Translations under genes and position numbers: made by a program
In this document: positions 7,854-16,093 of the stretch, in pieces
Position numbering within the stretch: position 1 is the stretch's first letter
Layout: every line of letters starts with the position of its first letter
Assembly (NCBI GenBank): GCA_044236185.1
Contig: JBIIGZ010000001.1
Coordinates: 1 to 49,137 of the forward strand
Source: Roseomonas sp.
GTDB lineage: Bacteria > Pseudomonadota > Alphaproteobacteria > Acetobacterales > Acetobacteraceae
Direction of reading: 5' to 3'
Length of the DNA stretch: 49,137 nucleotides
The notes under the pieces: generated by a model
Database searches by the model: none
The model's input: the letters and a program-made list of their open reading frames with translations, nothing else
Told to the model about the DNA's origin: nothing

Positions 7854-9989
7854 ATGTCCATCACCCGTCGCGGCGTCTATCGCCATGCCGATATGCAGCG
7901 GCTGTTCAACCCTGCCTCGATCGCCGTGATCGGCGCTTCCCCGCGCGCAGGCTCCTTCGCGGATCGCACCATCAGCGCGCTATCTGGCTATACGGGCCGG
8001 CTGCATCTGGTGAATAGTCGCTATGACAAGATAGGCGAGCGACCCTGCTTTCCTTCTGTCGCCGCACTGCCGGAAGTGCCCGATTGCTGCATTGTGGTAG
8101 CCGCCAAGGATGCGGTGGAAGAAATCGCGACCCATTGCGCCAAGGCGGGTGTTGGCGGGGTGATGATTTATGCCTCTGGCTTTTCGGAGACCGGGCGGGC
8201 AGAGGATATTGCTGCGCAACAACGCTTGGCTGCCATTGGCCGCGATGCGGGTATGCGCATTGTCGGCCCGAATTGCATCGGCATGCTGAATTTCGGCAGC
8301 AAGGCCGGTGTGACCTTCATGATCCCGCCGCCCATGGAAGCGCCCTTGCCGCATGCGCTTGGACTGGTCAGTCAATCCGGCGCGCTTGGCTTTTCCCTGG
8401 CGCAGGCGGTGATGCGTGGTGTTTCCGTGAGCCACCTTCTGACTACCGGCAATTCTTCTGATATTGATGTCGCGGATTGCGTTTCCTTCCTGGCGGATGA
8501 TCCGGCGTGCCGCGCAATTGCTTGCGTTTTTGAAGGCATGCCGGACCCGATGCGCTTCATTGAAGCCGCACAAATCGCCGATGCTGCCGACAAGCCCTTG
8601 ATTGTCTTCAAGCTTGGCACGGGCGAACAAGGCGCGGCGGCGGCGATGTCACACACGGGGTCTCTGGCTGGCTCCCAAGCCGCTTATCGCGCGGCCTTTG
8701 AGCGCGCCGGGGCGATCCTGGTGGATAATTTCGAGGCCATGGTGGAAACCGCTTCCTTCATGGCCAAGGCGCCAAAGCCAAAAGCGCGCGGTGTGGCGGT
8801 GGTGGCTGTTTCGGGCGGGGCGGCGATCATGTCGGCCGACCGCGCGGAAGAACGCGGCATTCCGCTGCCGCAGCCAACACCACCCGTGCAGGCCATTTTG
8901 GAATCGCGCATTCCGGATTTCGGATCCGCGCGCAATCCTTGCGATGTCACCGCGCAAGTCGCCAATGACCCGGAAAGCCTGACGGCGTGCGCTTCCGCCA
9001 TGCTGGGTGAAGATCATTACGGCACGCTGCTTTATGCGCAGATCTATTCGACCGAGCTTTCCGCCAAGCGCCCCGGCGAATTGGCCGCCATTGCGGAAAA
9101 GCACGACAAGCCGATTTGCGTGGTCTGGACCACAGAATGGCTGGAAGGTTTCGGTTCGAAGGAGGCGGAGCAAAACCCGCGCATCGGCCTGTTCCGTTCC
9201 ATGGATCGGTGTTTTGCCACGCTGGATCATTGGCATAAGCGCGAAGAACGGCGCGGCGCAGGCCCGCGGCAATATCAGCGCCTGGCACGCCCTGAAGCGG
9301 CGCAGGAAGCGGCGGCACTGATCAAGGCCGCACAGGACCGCACACTGACGGAACGCGAAGCGAAGCAAGTGCTGGCCGCTTATGGCGTGCCCGTGGTGCC
9401 GGAACGGCTCACCACCACGGAAGATGAGGCACTCGCCGCCGCCAAGGCGCTGGGCTGGCCGGTCGCGATCAAGGTGGAAAGCCCGGATTTGCCGCATAAG
9501 ACCGAAGCAGGCGTCATTCGCTTGAAGCTGAAGGATGAAGCCGAATTGCGCGATGCCTTCCGCGCTGTCATGGCCAATGCCAAGCACCATGCGCCGAATG
9601 CGCGCATCAATGGCGTGCTGGTGCAGCCCATGGCGAAGCCGGGCGTGGAAATCATGGTGGGCGCGCGGATTGACCCGCTGATGGGACCGCTCGTGGTGGT
9701 CGGCCTTGGTGGTGTGCTGGTGGAATTGATGCGCGATTCAGCACTGGCGCTCGCGCCCGTCACCAAGACCGAAGCGCGCGATATGCTGGGCCGCCTGAAG
9801 GGCCGCGCGGCGCTGGAAGGCTTCCGTGGCGCGCCGGCCGCCGATATGGACCGGTTGTCCGACATCATTGTCCGGCTATCGGAATTTGCGGCCGATCAGC
9901 GTGATATGATCGCGGAGCTGGATGTTAACCCCATCATCATCGCCGGTAGCGACGCTGTCGCGGTGGATGCGCTGATTGTGAAAGCCTGA
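7854..9989 (+). CDS. ADP-forming acyl-CoA synthetase (acetate-CoA ligase family, fused CoA-binding and ATP-grasp)
   Basis: IAVIGAS, GPNCIG, SQSG, SHTGSLAG phospho-His, HKTEAG, ELDVNP. Confidence 0.9.
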   Translation: MSITRRGVYRHADMQRLFNPASIAVIGASPRAGSFADRTISALSGYTGRLHLVNSRYDKIGERPCFPSVAALPEVPDCCIVVAAKDAVEEIATHCAKAGVGGVMIYASGFSETGRAEDIAAQQRLAAIGRDAGMRIVGPNCIGMLNFGSKAGVTFMIPPPMEAPLPHALGLVSQSGALGFSLAQAVMRGVSVSHLLTTGNSSDIDVADCVSFLADDPACRAIACVFEGMPDPMRFIEAAQIADAADKPLIVFKLGTGEQGAAAAMSHTGSLAGSQAAYRAAFERAGAILVDNFEAMVETASFMAKAPKPKARGVAVVAVSGGAAIMSADRAEERGIPLPQPTPPVQAILESRIPDFGSARNPCDVTAQVANDPESLTACASAMLGEDHYGTLLYAQIYSTELSAKRPGELAAIAEKHDKPICVVWTTEWLEGFGSKEAEQNPRIGLFRSMDRCFATLDHWHKREERRGAGPRQYQRLARPEAAQEAAALIKAAQDRTLTEREAKQVLAAYGVPVVPERLTTTEDEALAAAKALGWPVAIKVESPDLPHKTEAGVIRLKLKDEAELRDAFRAVMANAKHHAPNARINGVLVQPMAKPGVEIMVGARIDPLMGPLVVVGLGGVLVELMRDSALALAPVTKTEARDMLGRLKGRAALEGFRGAPAADMDRLSDIIVRLSEFAADQRDMIAELDVNPIIIAGSDAVAVDALIVKA

Positions 9990-9998
9990 GGCAACACC

Positions 9999-10955
9999 AT
10001 GACCAAACCGCTTTTCCTGCTTTGGACCGATGGCGCGGATGCCTATCGGAAGGCGATCACCGATGCCGGCTTGGACCAGCGCATTCGGCTGGATGTGCTG
10101 GCGCGCAACGCCACGCCAAGTGCCGAACAAATGCAGGAAGCGGAGGCGATGCTGACCTGGGGGCCGCCTGCCGGAACACTCGCGCAAATGCCGAAGCTTC
10201 GCTGGGCGCAGGCGTTGACGGCAGGGGTGGAACATTGGCTCGCGCGGGCCGATCTGCCGCCTGGAATGACGCTGACCTGCGCGCGGGGGACGCATCGCGT
10301 GCAAATGCCGGAAAACATCCTGGGCGCGCTGTTTCACATCACCAAACCCTATGCCGCGATTGTCGGCGATAACGCCGCTGCCACCTGGACGCGCCGGGTT
10401 TCTTCGACACTTGCGGGGCAGACGCTTGGTATTCTGGGTCTTGGCGCCATCGGCCAGGAATTGGCGCGCAAGGCTGCGGCGCTTGAAATGCGCGTGATCG
10501 GCACGCGCCGCGCGGCCGGCAGCTTGCCGCATGTGGATCGAGTTTATACGCCAGCAGAAACCGATGAGGTGCTGGCGCAATCCGATTTCGTGGTGCTGTT
10601 GCTGCCGGCCACGCCCGAGACCGAGAATATCATCAATGCCGCGCGGCTTTCGCGCATGAAGAAGACCGCCTGGCTGCTCAATTTCGGCCGTGGTGCCTTG
10701 ATTGATGATGCGGCCCTGGTCGCCGCTGCCAAGGCCGGCACCATTGCGGGTGCCGTCCTGGATGTATTCCGCCAGGAACCTTTGCCCAAGGATGATCCAT
10801 TCTGGGGGACGGAAAACATCCTTGTGCTGCCGCATATTGGCGGGCTGCACCCGGCGCGGGATTCTATGGTGGCAGCGCTGCTGGTTGAAAACCTGCGCCG
10901 CTTTTTGGATGGCGCGCCGCTCAAGGAAGTGGTGGACCGCAAGGCGGGTTACTGA
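9999..10955 (+). CDS. D-isomer-specific 2-hydroxyacid dehydrogenase
   Basis: GLGAIG, NFGRG, LDVFRQEPL, LPHIGG (Arg-Glu-His triad). Confidence 0.9.
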   Translation: MTKPLFLLWTDGADAYRKAITDAGLDQRIRLDVLARNATPSAEQMQEAEAMLTWGPPAGTLAQMPKLRWAQALTAGVEHWLARADLPPGMTLTCARGTHRVQMPENILGALFHITKPYAAIVGDNAAATWTRRVSSTLAGQTLGILGLGAIGQELARKAAALEMRVIGTRRAAGSLPHVDRVYTPAETDEVLAQSDFVVLLLPATPETENIINAARLSRMKKTAWLLNFGRGALIDDAALVAAAKAGTIAGAVLDVFRQEPLPKDDPFWGTENILVLPHIGGLHPARDSMVAALLVENLRRFLDGAPLKEVVDRKAGY

Positions 10956-10960
10956 CCCCC

Positions 10961-11731
10961 ATGGCTTATCGTCCCTTTGATCTCAGCGGCAAGGTCGCGC
11001 TGATCACGGGCGGCAATTCTGGTATTGGGCTTGGTATGGCGCAGGCCCTTGCCGAAGCAGGTGCTGATATCGCCATTTGGGGCAGCAATGCCGCTAAAAA
11101 CGCAGCCGCTTTGGAAAACCTGAAGCCGCTTGGCGTGCGCCTTTATGCGCTGGCCTGCGATATTGGCGATGAGGCAGCGGTAGAGGGCGCCTTCGCGGAA
11201 ACTGTCGCACAGCTTGGCCGTGTGGATGTCTGTTTCGCCAATGCCGGCACCTATGGCCATGCTGCGCGCTTCACGGCGCTGGAAACCGCCGAATGGCAGC
11301 GCGTGATGCGCATCAATCTGGATGGCGCCTTTTTCACGCTGCGCGCCGCGGCGCGGCATATGGTGGAACGCGGCGGCGGTGGTTCCCTGGTGGCCACCGC
11401 ATCGCTGGCGGCCATTGAAGGTGCGGCGCGCAATGCGCATTACGGCGCGACCAAGGGCGCGCTGGTGGCCATGATACGCGCGCTGGCGGTTGAGATGGCC
11501 CGGTATGGCATCCGCGCCAATGCCATCCTGCCCGGCTGGATCGAAACCGCCATGACCGCCGGCAATGTCGCGGATGAGCGTTTCAGCGGCGCCGTGCTGC
11601 CCCGCATCCCGGCCAGGCGCTGGGGCCAGCCTGCGGATTTCGGTGGTATTGCGGTTTATCTGGCAAGCGACGCTTCCGCCTATCATTCCGGCGATTGCCT
11701 GGTGATTGATGGCGGCTATTCGCTATTCTGA
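10961..11731 (+). CDS. Short-chain dehydrogenase/reductase
   Basis: TGGNSGIG, ANAG, YGATK, ILPGWI, DGGY. Confidence 0.92.
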   Translation: MAYRPFDLSGKVALITGGNSGIGLGMAQALAEAGADIAIWGSNAAKNAAALENLKPLGVRLYALACDIGDEAAVEGAFAETVAQLGRVDVCFANAGTYGHAARFTALETAEWQRVMRINLDGAFFTLRAAARHMVERGGGGSLVATASLAAIEGAARNAHYGATKGALVAMIRALAVEMARYGIRANAILPGWIETAMTAGNVADERFSGAVLPRIPARRWGQPADFGGIAVYLASDASAYHSGDCLVIDGGYSLF

Positions 11732-11780
11732 CCCCCCTCTGGACCCCGCCCCCCGGCTTGGGTTAGGAAGGCGTTGCGTT

Positions 11781-11863
11781 GCCCCTGTGGCGGAACGGTA
11801 GACGCAGACGACTCAAAATCGTCCGCCCGTAAGGGCATGGGAGTTCGAGTCTCCCTGGGGGCA
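11781..11863 (+). tRNA. tRNA-Leu (anticodon CAA)
   Basis: Acceptor GCCCCTG/TGGGGGC+A, anticodon arm GACGA-CT-CAA-AA-TCGTC, variable arm GCCC-GTAA-GGGC, T arm GGGAG-TTCGAGT-CTCCC; CCA not encoded. Confidence 0.95.
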
Positions 11864-11904
11864 TTCCTTTCAAGAAGCGCGGCAAATCTGTGGGCAGGCC
11901 GGGG

Positions 11905-12759
11905 TCAGTGCTTTTCCGTGGCCTGGTTCGAAGAGATGGGCGGGTAGACCCGCGTTTCGTGCTTCAGTCTTTCGCGCCCGGCTGTGTAGAGCGCAATGGT
12001 CGCCAGCAGAATCGCGAGTGCCATCAGCGCCATGCGCAGATGGTGTTTGAAGCCACGGTCAAGCGCCACCGTGCTCATGGCGCTGCCGATCAGAAAGCCG
12101 GAAACGCCCCCCCCGAAATGCGCCGCGTGATCCAAAGGCGCATTCTGAACCACCGCAAGCACCGAAAAAACCAAAAAGCCACCAAGCGATTTCAGTTCTT
12201 CGGTCAATACGGAAGATGGTACCTCATTCCGGTAATCTAACATATAGGCAATGGTGGCGCCAAGAATGGCGCAAATGGCGCCCGATGCGCCAACGCTATT
12301 GACCAAAGGATTCCAAAGCAGGCTGAAGCCACTCGCGCAAATGCCGCCGACCAGATAGATCACCAGGAACAGGCTTGGGCCGAACATGCGTTCGCAAAGG
12401 CCACCGAAACTCCACAGCGTGTACATGTTCACAAACAGATGAAGCACGCCGGCATGCAGGAACATGGCACTTGCCAGTCGCCACCACTCCCCTTGCAGCG
12501 CCAGCGGCCCGTAATTGGACCCCCAAGGGATCAGCGCATCGCTCTCCGGCAGAAGCCAGCCGCCATTGAAGGTGCAAAAGGCCAGCGTCACCGCGATATT
12601 CAGCCAGATAAGTGCGGGGACGATATGAATGCGCGGATGGCGGGCCAGTAATTGATCCACGTAGCGGGCGATTTCACGTTCTTCCTGCGCTTCGGGCGAT
12701 TGATCGGCTTCGGCTTTGGGGGCTGGGTCAGGCGGGGGATGAGGGTTCTGCATATGCAT
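11905..12759 (-). CDS. Rhomboid-family intramembrane serine protease
   Basis: WWRL, FLHAGVLHLFVN, catalytic GASGA and AHFGG; multiple hydrophobic segments. Confidence 0.92.
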   Translation of the reverse strand: MHMQNPHPPPDPAPKAEADQSPEAQEEREIARYVDQLLARHPRIHIVPALIWLNIAVTLAFCTFNGGWLLPESDALIPWGSNYGPLALQGEWWRLASAMFLHAGVLHLFVNMYTLWSFGGLCERMFGPSLFLVIYLVGGICASGFSLLWNPLVNSVGASGAICAILGATIAYMLDYRNEVPSSVLTEELKSLGGFLVFSVLAVVQNAPLDHAAHFGGGVSGFLIGSAMSTVALDRGFKHHLRMALMALAILLATIALYTAGRERLKHETRVYPPISSNQATEKH

Positions 12760-12882
12760 TGCCTCTTGCCGGGAGCAAACGCGGATGAAGATGGTTCATG
12801 TAGGTTGCCGTGACTGAAGGGGCCTTTCGCAGCATCAACCCCATATCGTGGCCAGGCAAGCAAAAAGAGCGTTTGGGCTGGA

Positions 12883-13104
12883 TCAGCCTTCGCGCGCCTT
12901 TCGTAACGCCGCAAGGCGCAGGGCGCTTGCCAGCGGCAGGCCCTGGTCAGCGCGCGCTGCATCCACTTTGGCGACCAAGGCCGCGAGGCTTTCACCCCCC
13001 TGCGCCGCCGCTTCTTCCAGTGCAGCCCAGAATTCCCCTTCAAGCGCGACCGAGGTGGCATGCCCCGCCAGGCGGAAAGAGCGTTTGATCAGATACCGTG
13101 GCAT
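12883..13104 (-). CDS. Ribbon-helix-helix protein (RHH_4-type)
   Basis: KRSFRLAGHATSVALEGEFW...LASALRL pattern; 73 aa. Confidence 0.85.
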   Translation of the reverse strand: MPRYLIKRSFRLAGHATSVALEGEFWAALEEAAAQGGESLAALVAKVDAARADQGLPLASALRLAALRKAREG

Positions 13105-13360
13105 GCTTGACCCCGAAAGCGGCGCTTTTTCATGTGCTGATGTCCCGGCCGATGGCTCGCGGGAAGCGTGGCCTCAGTAAGTGAAGCTGGCCGTCGGGCA
13201 AGCGCCGAGTCGTACTCAAAGCGAATCAGGAACTTCTCAGTCTCGTGGCCCAATCCATTGAAATAGGGGAAAATTTCAGTCGAATGACGCAACATCTTGC
13301 AGTCCGACTGATTTCCCATAAGAATTTACTGCCTGCTTCAAAACAAGGGAAGACATAAAC

Positions 13361-13768
13361 ATGAACTACAAGATCGAAACTATTGAAGGCATTGGCAAGG
13401 TCATGGGTGACAAATTGCGCGCGAATGGCGTGGCTGATACGGCTGGCTTGTTGGCGAAGGCAGCAACTCCGAAGGATCGTGCCACCCTTGCCGGGAAGAC
13501 CGGTATCTCCGGCAAGCTCATCCTGAAATTTGCCAATCGCGCGGACCTGATGCGCGTTAATGGCGTTGGTGAGGAATATGCGGATCTGCTTGAAGCCGCC
13601 GGCGTGGATACGGTGCCCGAATTGGCTCAGCGCAAGGCACAAAATCTTTTTGATGCTCTGACCAAGACCAATATGGAAAAGAAGCTGGTGCGTCAGACCC
13701 CTTCTCTCGGCGCTGTCAAAAGCTGGATCGCGGCAGCGAAAGATATGCCTAGGGTGCTTCAGTATTAA
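13361..13768 (+). CDS. DUF4332-like helix-hairpin-helix protein
   Basis: IEGIG and ADLMRVNGVG HhH motifs, LLEAAGVDTVPELAQR; AAGGGA ribosome-binding site. Confidence 0.85.
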   Translation: MNYKIETIEGIGKVMGDKLRANGVADTAGLLAKAATPKDRATLAGKTGISGKLILKFANRADLMRVNGVGEEYADLLEAAGVDTVPELAQRKAQNLFDALTKTNMEKKLVRQTPSLGAVKSWIAAAKDMPRVLQY

Positions 13769-13777
13769 GCCCACTCA

Positions 13778-13799
13778 TTGTCTTCGGTTCGCCGAACAA
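13778..13799. terminator. Short hairpin after DUF4332 gene
   Basis: TTCGG-TTCG-CCGAA with outer TTG/CAA pairing, between convergent genes. Confidence 0.35.
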
Positions 13800-13873
13800 G
13801 AATTCTGGTGGCGCGGATGACACCCAAGAAGGTGATTGGGCATATTGCTTGGAGTATGTCGTAGCCGAGTGAT

Positions 13874-14722
13874 TTAACTTGGCTTTGGCATGCTCTGGCG
13901 GCTAGCGAAAATCCGCGCCAGCCGATCAAATTCCGCGACGGTAAGTGTCTCGCCGCGGCGGTCCCCGGCAATGCCGGCTTGATCCAGTAGGGCTTCGGCG
14001 TCGCCGAGGGATTTCAACGCGCCGCGTAGCATTTTGCGCCTTTGCCCGAAGGCTGCGGCGGTAAGTTTTTCCATGGCTGCGAATAGCGCGGGCGGCGGGT
14101 CTTCCTGATGGGGCGTAAAGCCCACCACGGCAGACCACACCTTGGGCGGGGGGCTGAAGGCGCCAGGCGGCAGCCGCATCAGCAAATCGCAACGGCACCG
14201 CCATTGCGCTAGCACTGCCAGCCGACCGTATGCAGGTGTTGCAGGTGCTGCAGTGATGCGTTCCGCCACTTCAAGCTGGAACATCAGCGTCATACCTTCA
14301 AGCGCTGCGGCGCTGCGCAGCCAACGTATCAGCAAAGGGCTTGCGACATTATAGGGCAGGTTGGCGATGATGCGCCTTGGCGCTGGCAGTGCCATGGCCG
14401 GGTCTACACCCAGCGCATCGGCTTCCATTACGCGAAGCCGTGCGGGATAGGCAGCAACCAATTCCTGCAAGGCGAAGACCGCACGCGTATCCAATTCCAC
14501 TGCCAGAACTGATGCAGCGGGGCTTTGAAGCAAGGCGCGCGTCAGCCCGCCTGGCCCCGGCCCCACTTCCAGTACATGTCGCCCGGCAAGATCACCAGAC
14601 AAGGCAGCGATGCGCGCGCAGATGTTGGGATCAAGCAGGAAATGCTGACCGAGCGCCTTGCGTGCATCAAGCCCATGTCGCGCGATGGTATCACTAAGGC
14701 TTGGTAGTACAGGCTTGGTCAC
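13874..14722 (-). CDS. rsmA: 16S rRNA m6,2A dimethyltransferase
   Basis: KALGQHFL, EVGPGPG, ANLPYNV, MFQLEVAER, FSPPPKV, FGQRRKML; likely GTG start at 14722. Confidence 0.95.
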   Translation of the reverse strand: MTKPVLPSLSDTIARHGLDARKALGQHFLLDPNICARIAALSGDLAGRHVLEVGPGPGGLTRALLQSPAASVLAVELDTRAVFALQELVAAYPARLRVMEADALGVDPAMALPAPRRIIANLPYNVASPLLIRWLRSAAALEGMTLMFQLEVAERITAAPATPAYGRLAVLAQWRCRCDLLMRLPPGAFSPPPKVWSAVVGFTPHQEDPPPALFAAMEKLTAAAFGQRRKMLRGALKSLGDAEALLDQAGIAGDRRGETLTVAEFDRLARIFASRQSMPKPS

Positions 14723-14726
14723 GCCA

Positions 14727-16043
14727 TCAGCCTGGGCGCGCAGGGTTATTCGTACGGATGTCGATTTGGGCACGGCGGCGCAAATCACGCTGCAACTGGC
14801 GGGACAGCAATTCAATCCGATCGCGCAGCAGTATATCGCGTGCCTGCTGCGGATTGGCTTCAGCCAGATTACGGGTTTCACGCGCGCACACCATGAAAAT
14901 CAACGCACCATCCACGGAGATGATTGGCTGGGTTGCGCGCCCAATCGGCAGGCTGCCGAGAAGATCGCGCAATTCGGGTGGGGTGATGTTATCCAGACGT
15001 ATCGGGCCGGGATCAGCGGGGCGCGGGCTGCCACGCGCGGCAGCGTCCATTGCATCACAGCTGCGGGCCTGGTCGGACAGCGTTTGCGCGCGTTGCAACT
15101 GTGCCAATTGCTGTGCTGTGGGCGCTTGCGGGTTCACCTGACCTTCAAAGGGCAGGAAGACCTGACGCATGCTCATGATGGTTGCCATGTCGCGTCCCGA
15201 AACACGTTTGTCGCGCAGTTGGACAATTTCAAAACCGCCGGGGACGCGAATGGGATTGCTGATGGCACCTTCGGGCATTTGCTTGAGGATATTGGCGACA
15301 GCCGGATCAAAGCGATCCCCTGTCATCCAATCCATGGCGCCACCTTGGATCGCGGACTGCGATTGGCTGAATTGCGCCGCCGCCATGGGGAAGGGGACGC
15401 CCTGGCGCAGGCGCTGAATGATATCGGTGACGAAGCGGCGCACCTGCGCTTCCTGACCAGGATTTTCGACTGGGATAAAGATTTCAGACACCAAAAATTC
15501 CGGCTCACCAAGCCGCGCACGTTGGGCGGCGAGGAATTCATTCACCTCAGCATCTGAAATATTGGCCTGTTCGCCGAGCATCCCGCGCAAGAGCCTTGCC
15601 CAGCCGATTTGCGCGCGGATCTGATCATAAAGCACGCGCGGTTCAATCCCAGCACGGCGCAGATTCTGCACCACACCACCGGGCGGCAGCCCGTTGCGGC
15701 TTTCGATATTGGCGACCGAACTCGCGATATCCTGATCCGTCACCGGAATGCGTCGGCGGCTGAGTTCCTGGATGCGCAGCCTTTCATCAATCAGCAGACG
15801 CAGGATTTGATCCCCGCCTTGTGCGCCGGTATCACCGGCGACACCAGCCGAAAGGGCGAGCAGGCGGCGCCGGCTATCGATTTCGCTCCGCGTCACGATG
15901 TCGCCATTCACCACTGCGACGATGCTGTTCACATTGCCACGAGCCGCTTGAGCATTAGCAGGCTTGTGGTCGACTTGGATCAGCAAGGCGGCCAGCAGCA
16001 GAATAACCAGGAACGGTGTTTTGTTTAAGGTCGCTGCGCGCAT
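14727..16043 (-). CDS. surA: SurA-like periplasmic peptidyl-prolyl isomerase/chaperone
   Basis: Signal peptide, IVAVVNGDIVT, LIDERL, parvulin domain; GAGGAG before ATG 16043 (alternative start 16097). Confidence 0.88.
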   Translation of the reverse strand: MRAATLNKTPFLVILLLAALLIQVDHKPANAQAARGNVNSIVAVVNGDIVTRSEIDSRRRLLALSAGVAGDTGAQGGDQILRLLIDERLRIQELSRRRIPVTDQDIASSVANIESRNGLPPGGVVQNLRRAGIEPRVLYDQIRAQIGWARLLRGMLGEQANISDAEVNEFLAAQRARLGEPEFLVSEIFIPVENPGQEAQVRRFVTDIIQRLRQGVPFPMAAAQFSQSQSAIQGGAMDWMTGDRFDPAVANILKQMPEGAISNPIRVPGGFEIVQLRDKRVSGRDMATIMSMRQVFLPFEGQVNPQAPTAQQLAQLQRAQTLSDQARSCDAMDAAARGSPRPADPGPIRLDNITPPELRDLLGSLPIGRATQPIISVDGALIFMVCARETRNLAEANPQQARDILLRDRIELLSRQLQRDLRRRAQIDIRTNNPARPG

Positions 16044-16093
16044 AAACGCCTCCTCAAGCTTGCCGCCCTTGGTGGGCGGTGTCGCGCTAAGAC

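Noticed and set aside
12807-12830. CGTGACTG as a ZTP riboswitch start
   Set aside because: It lacks the following GCG and downstream conserved elements, and faces away from the adjacent gene.
13089-13319. 76-aa minus-strand ORF in the RHH-DUF4332 spacer
   Set aside because: No recognisable motif or ribosome-binding site; it overlaps the RHH start and the putative promoter and RNA structure.
11840-13873. attL/attR direct repeat of the tRNA 3' end
   Set aside because: I found no second copy by eye and no integrase, so no intact element is called.
14723-14881. N-terminal extensions in the ORF track (rsmA from 14881; also 4205, 23717, 28108, 31773, 33178, 42008, 45995)
   Set aside because: They overlap neighbouring genes or promoters; family-like sequence and ribosome-binding sites point to downstream starts.
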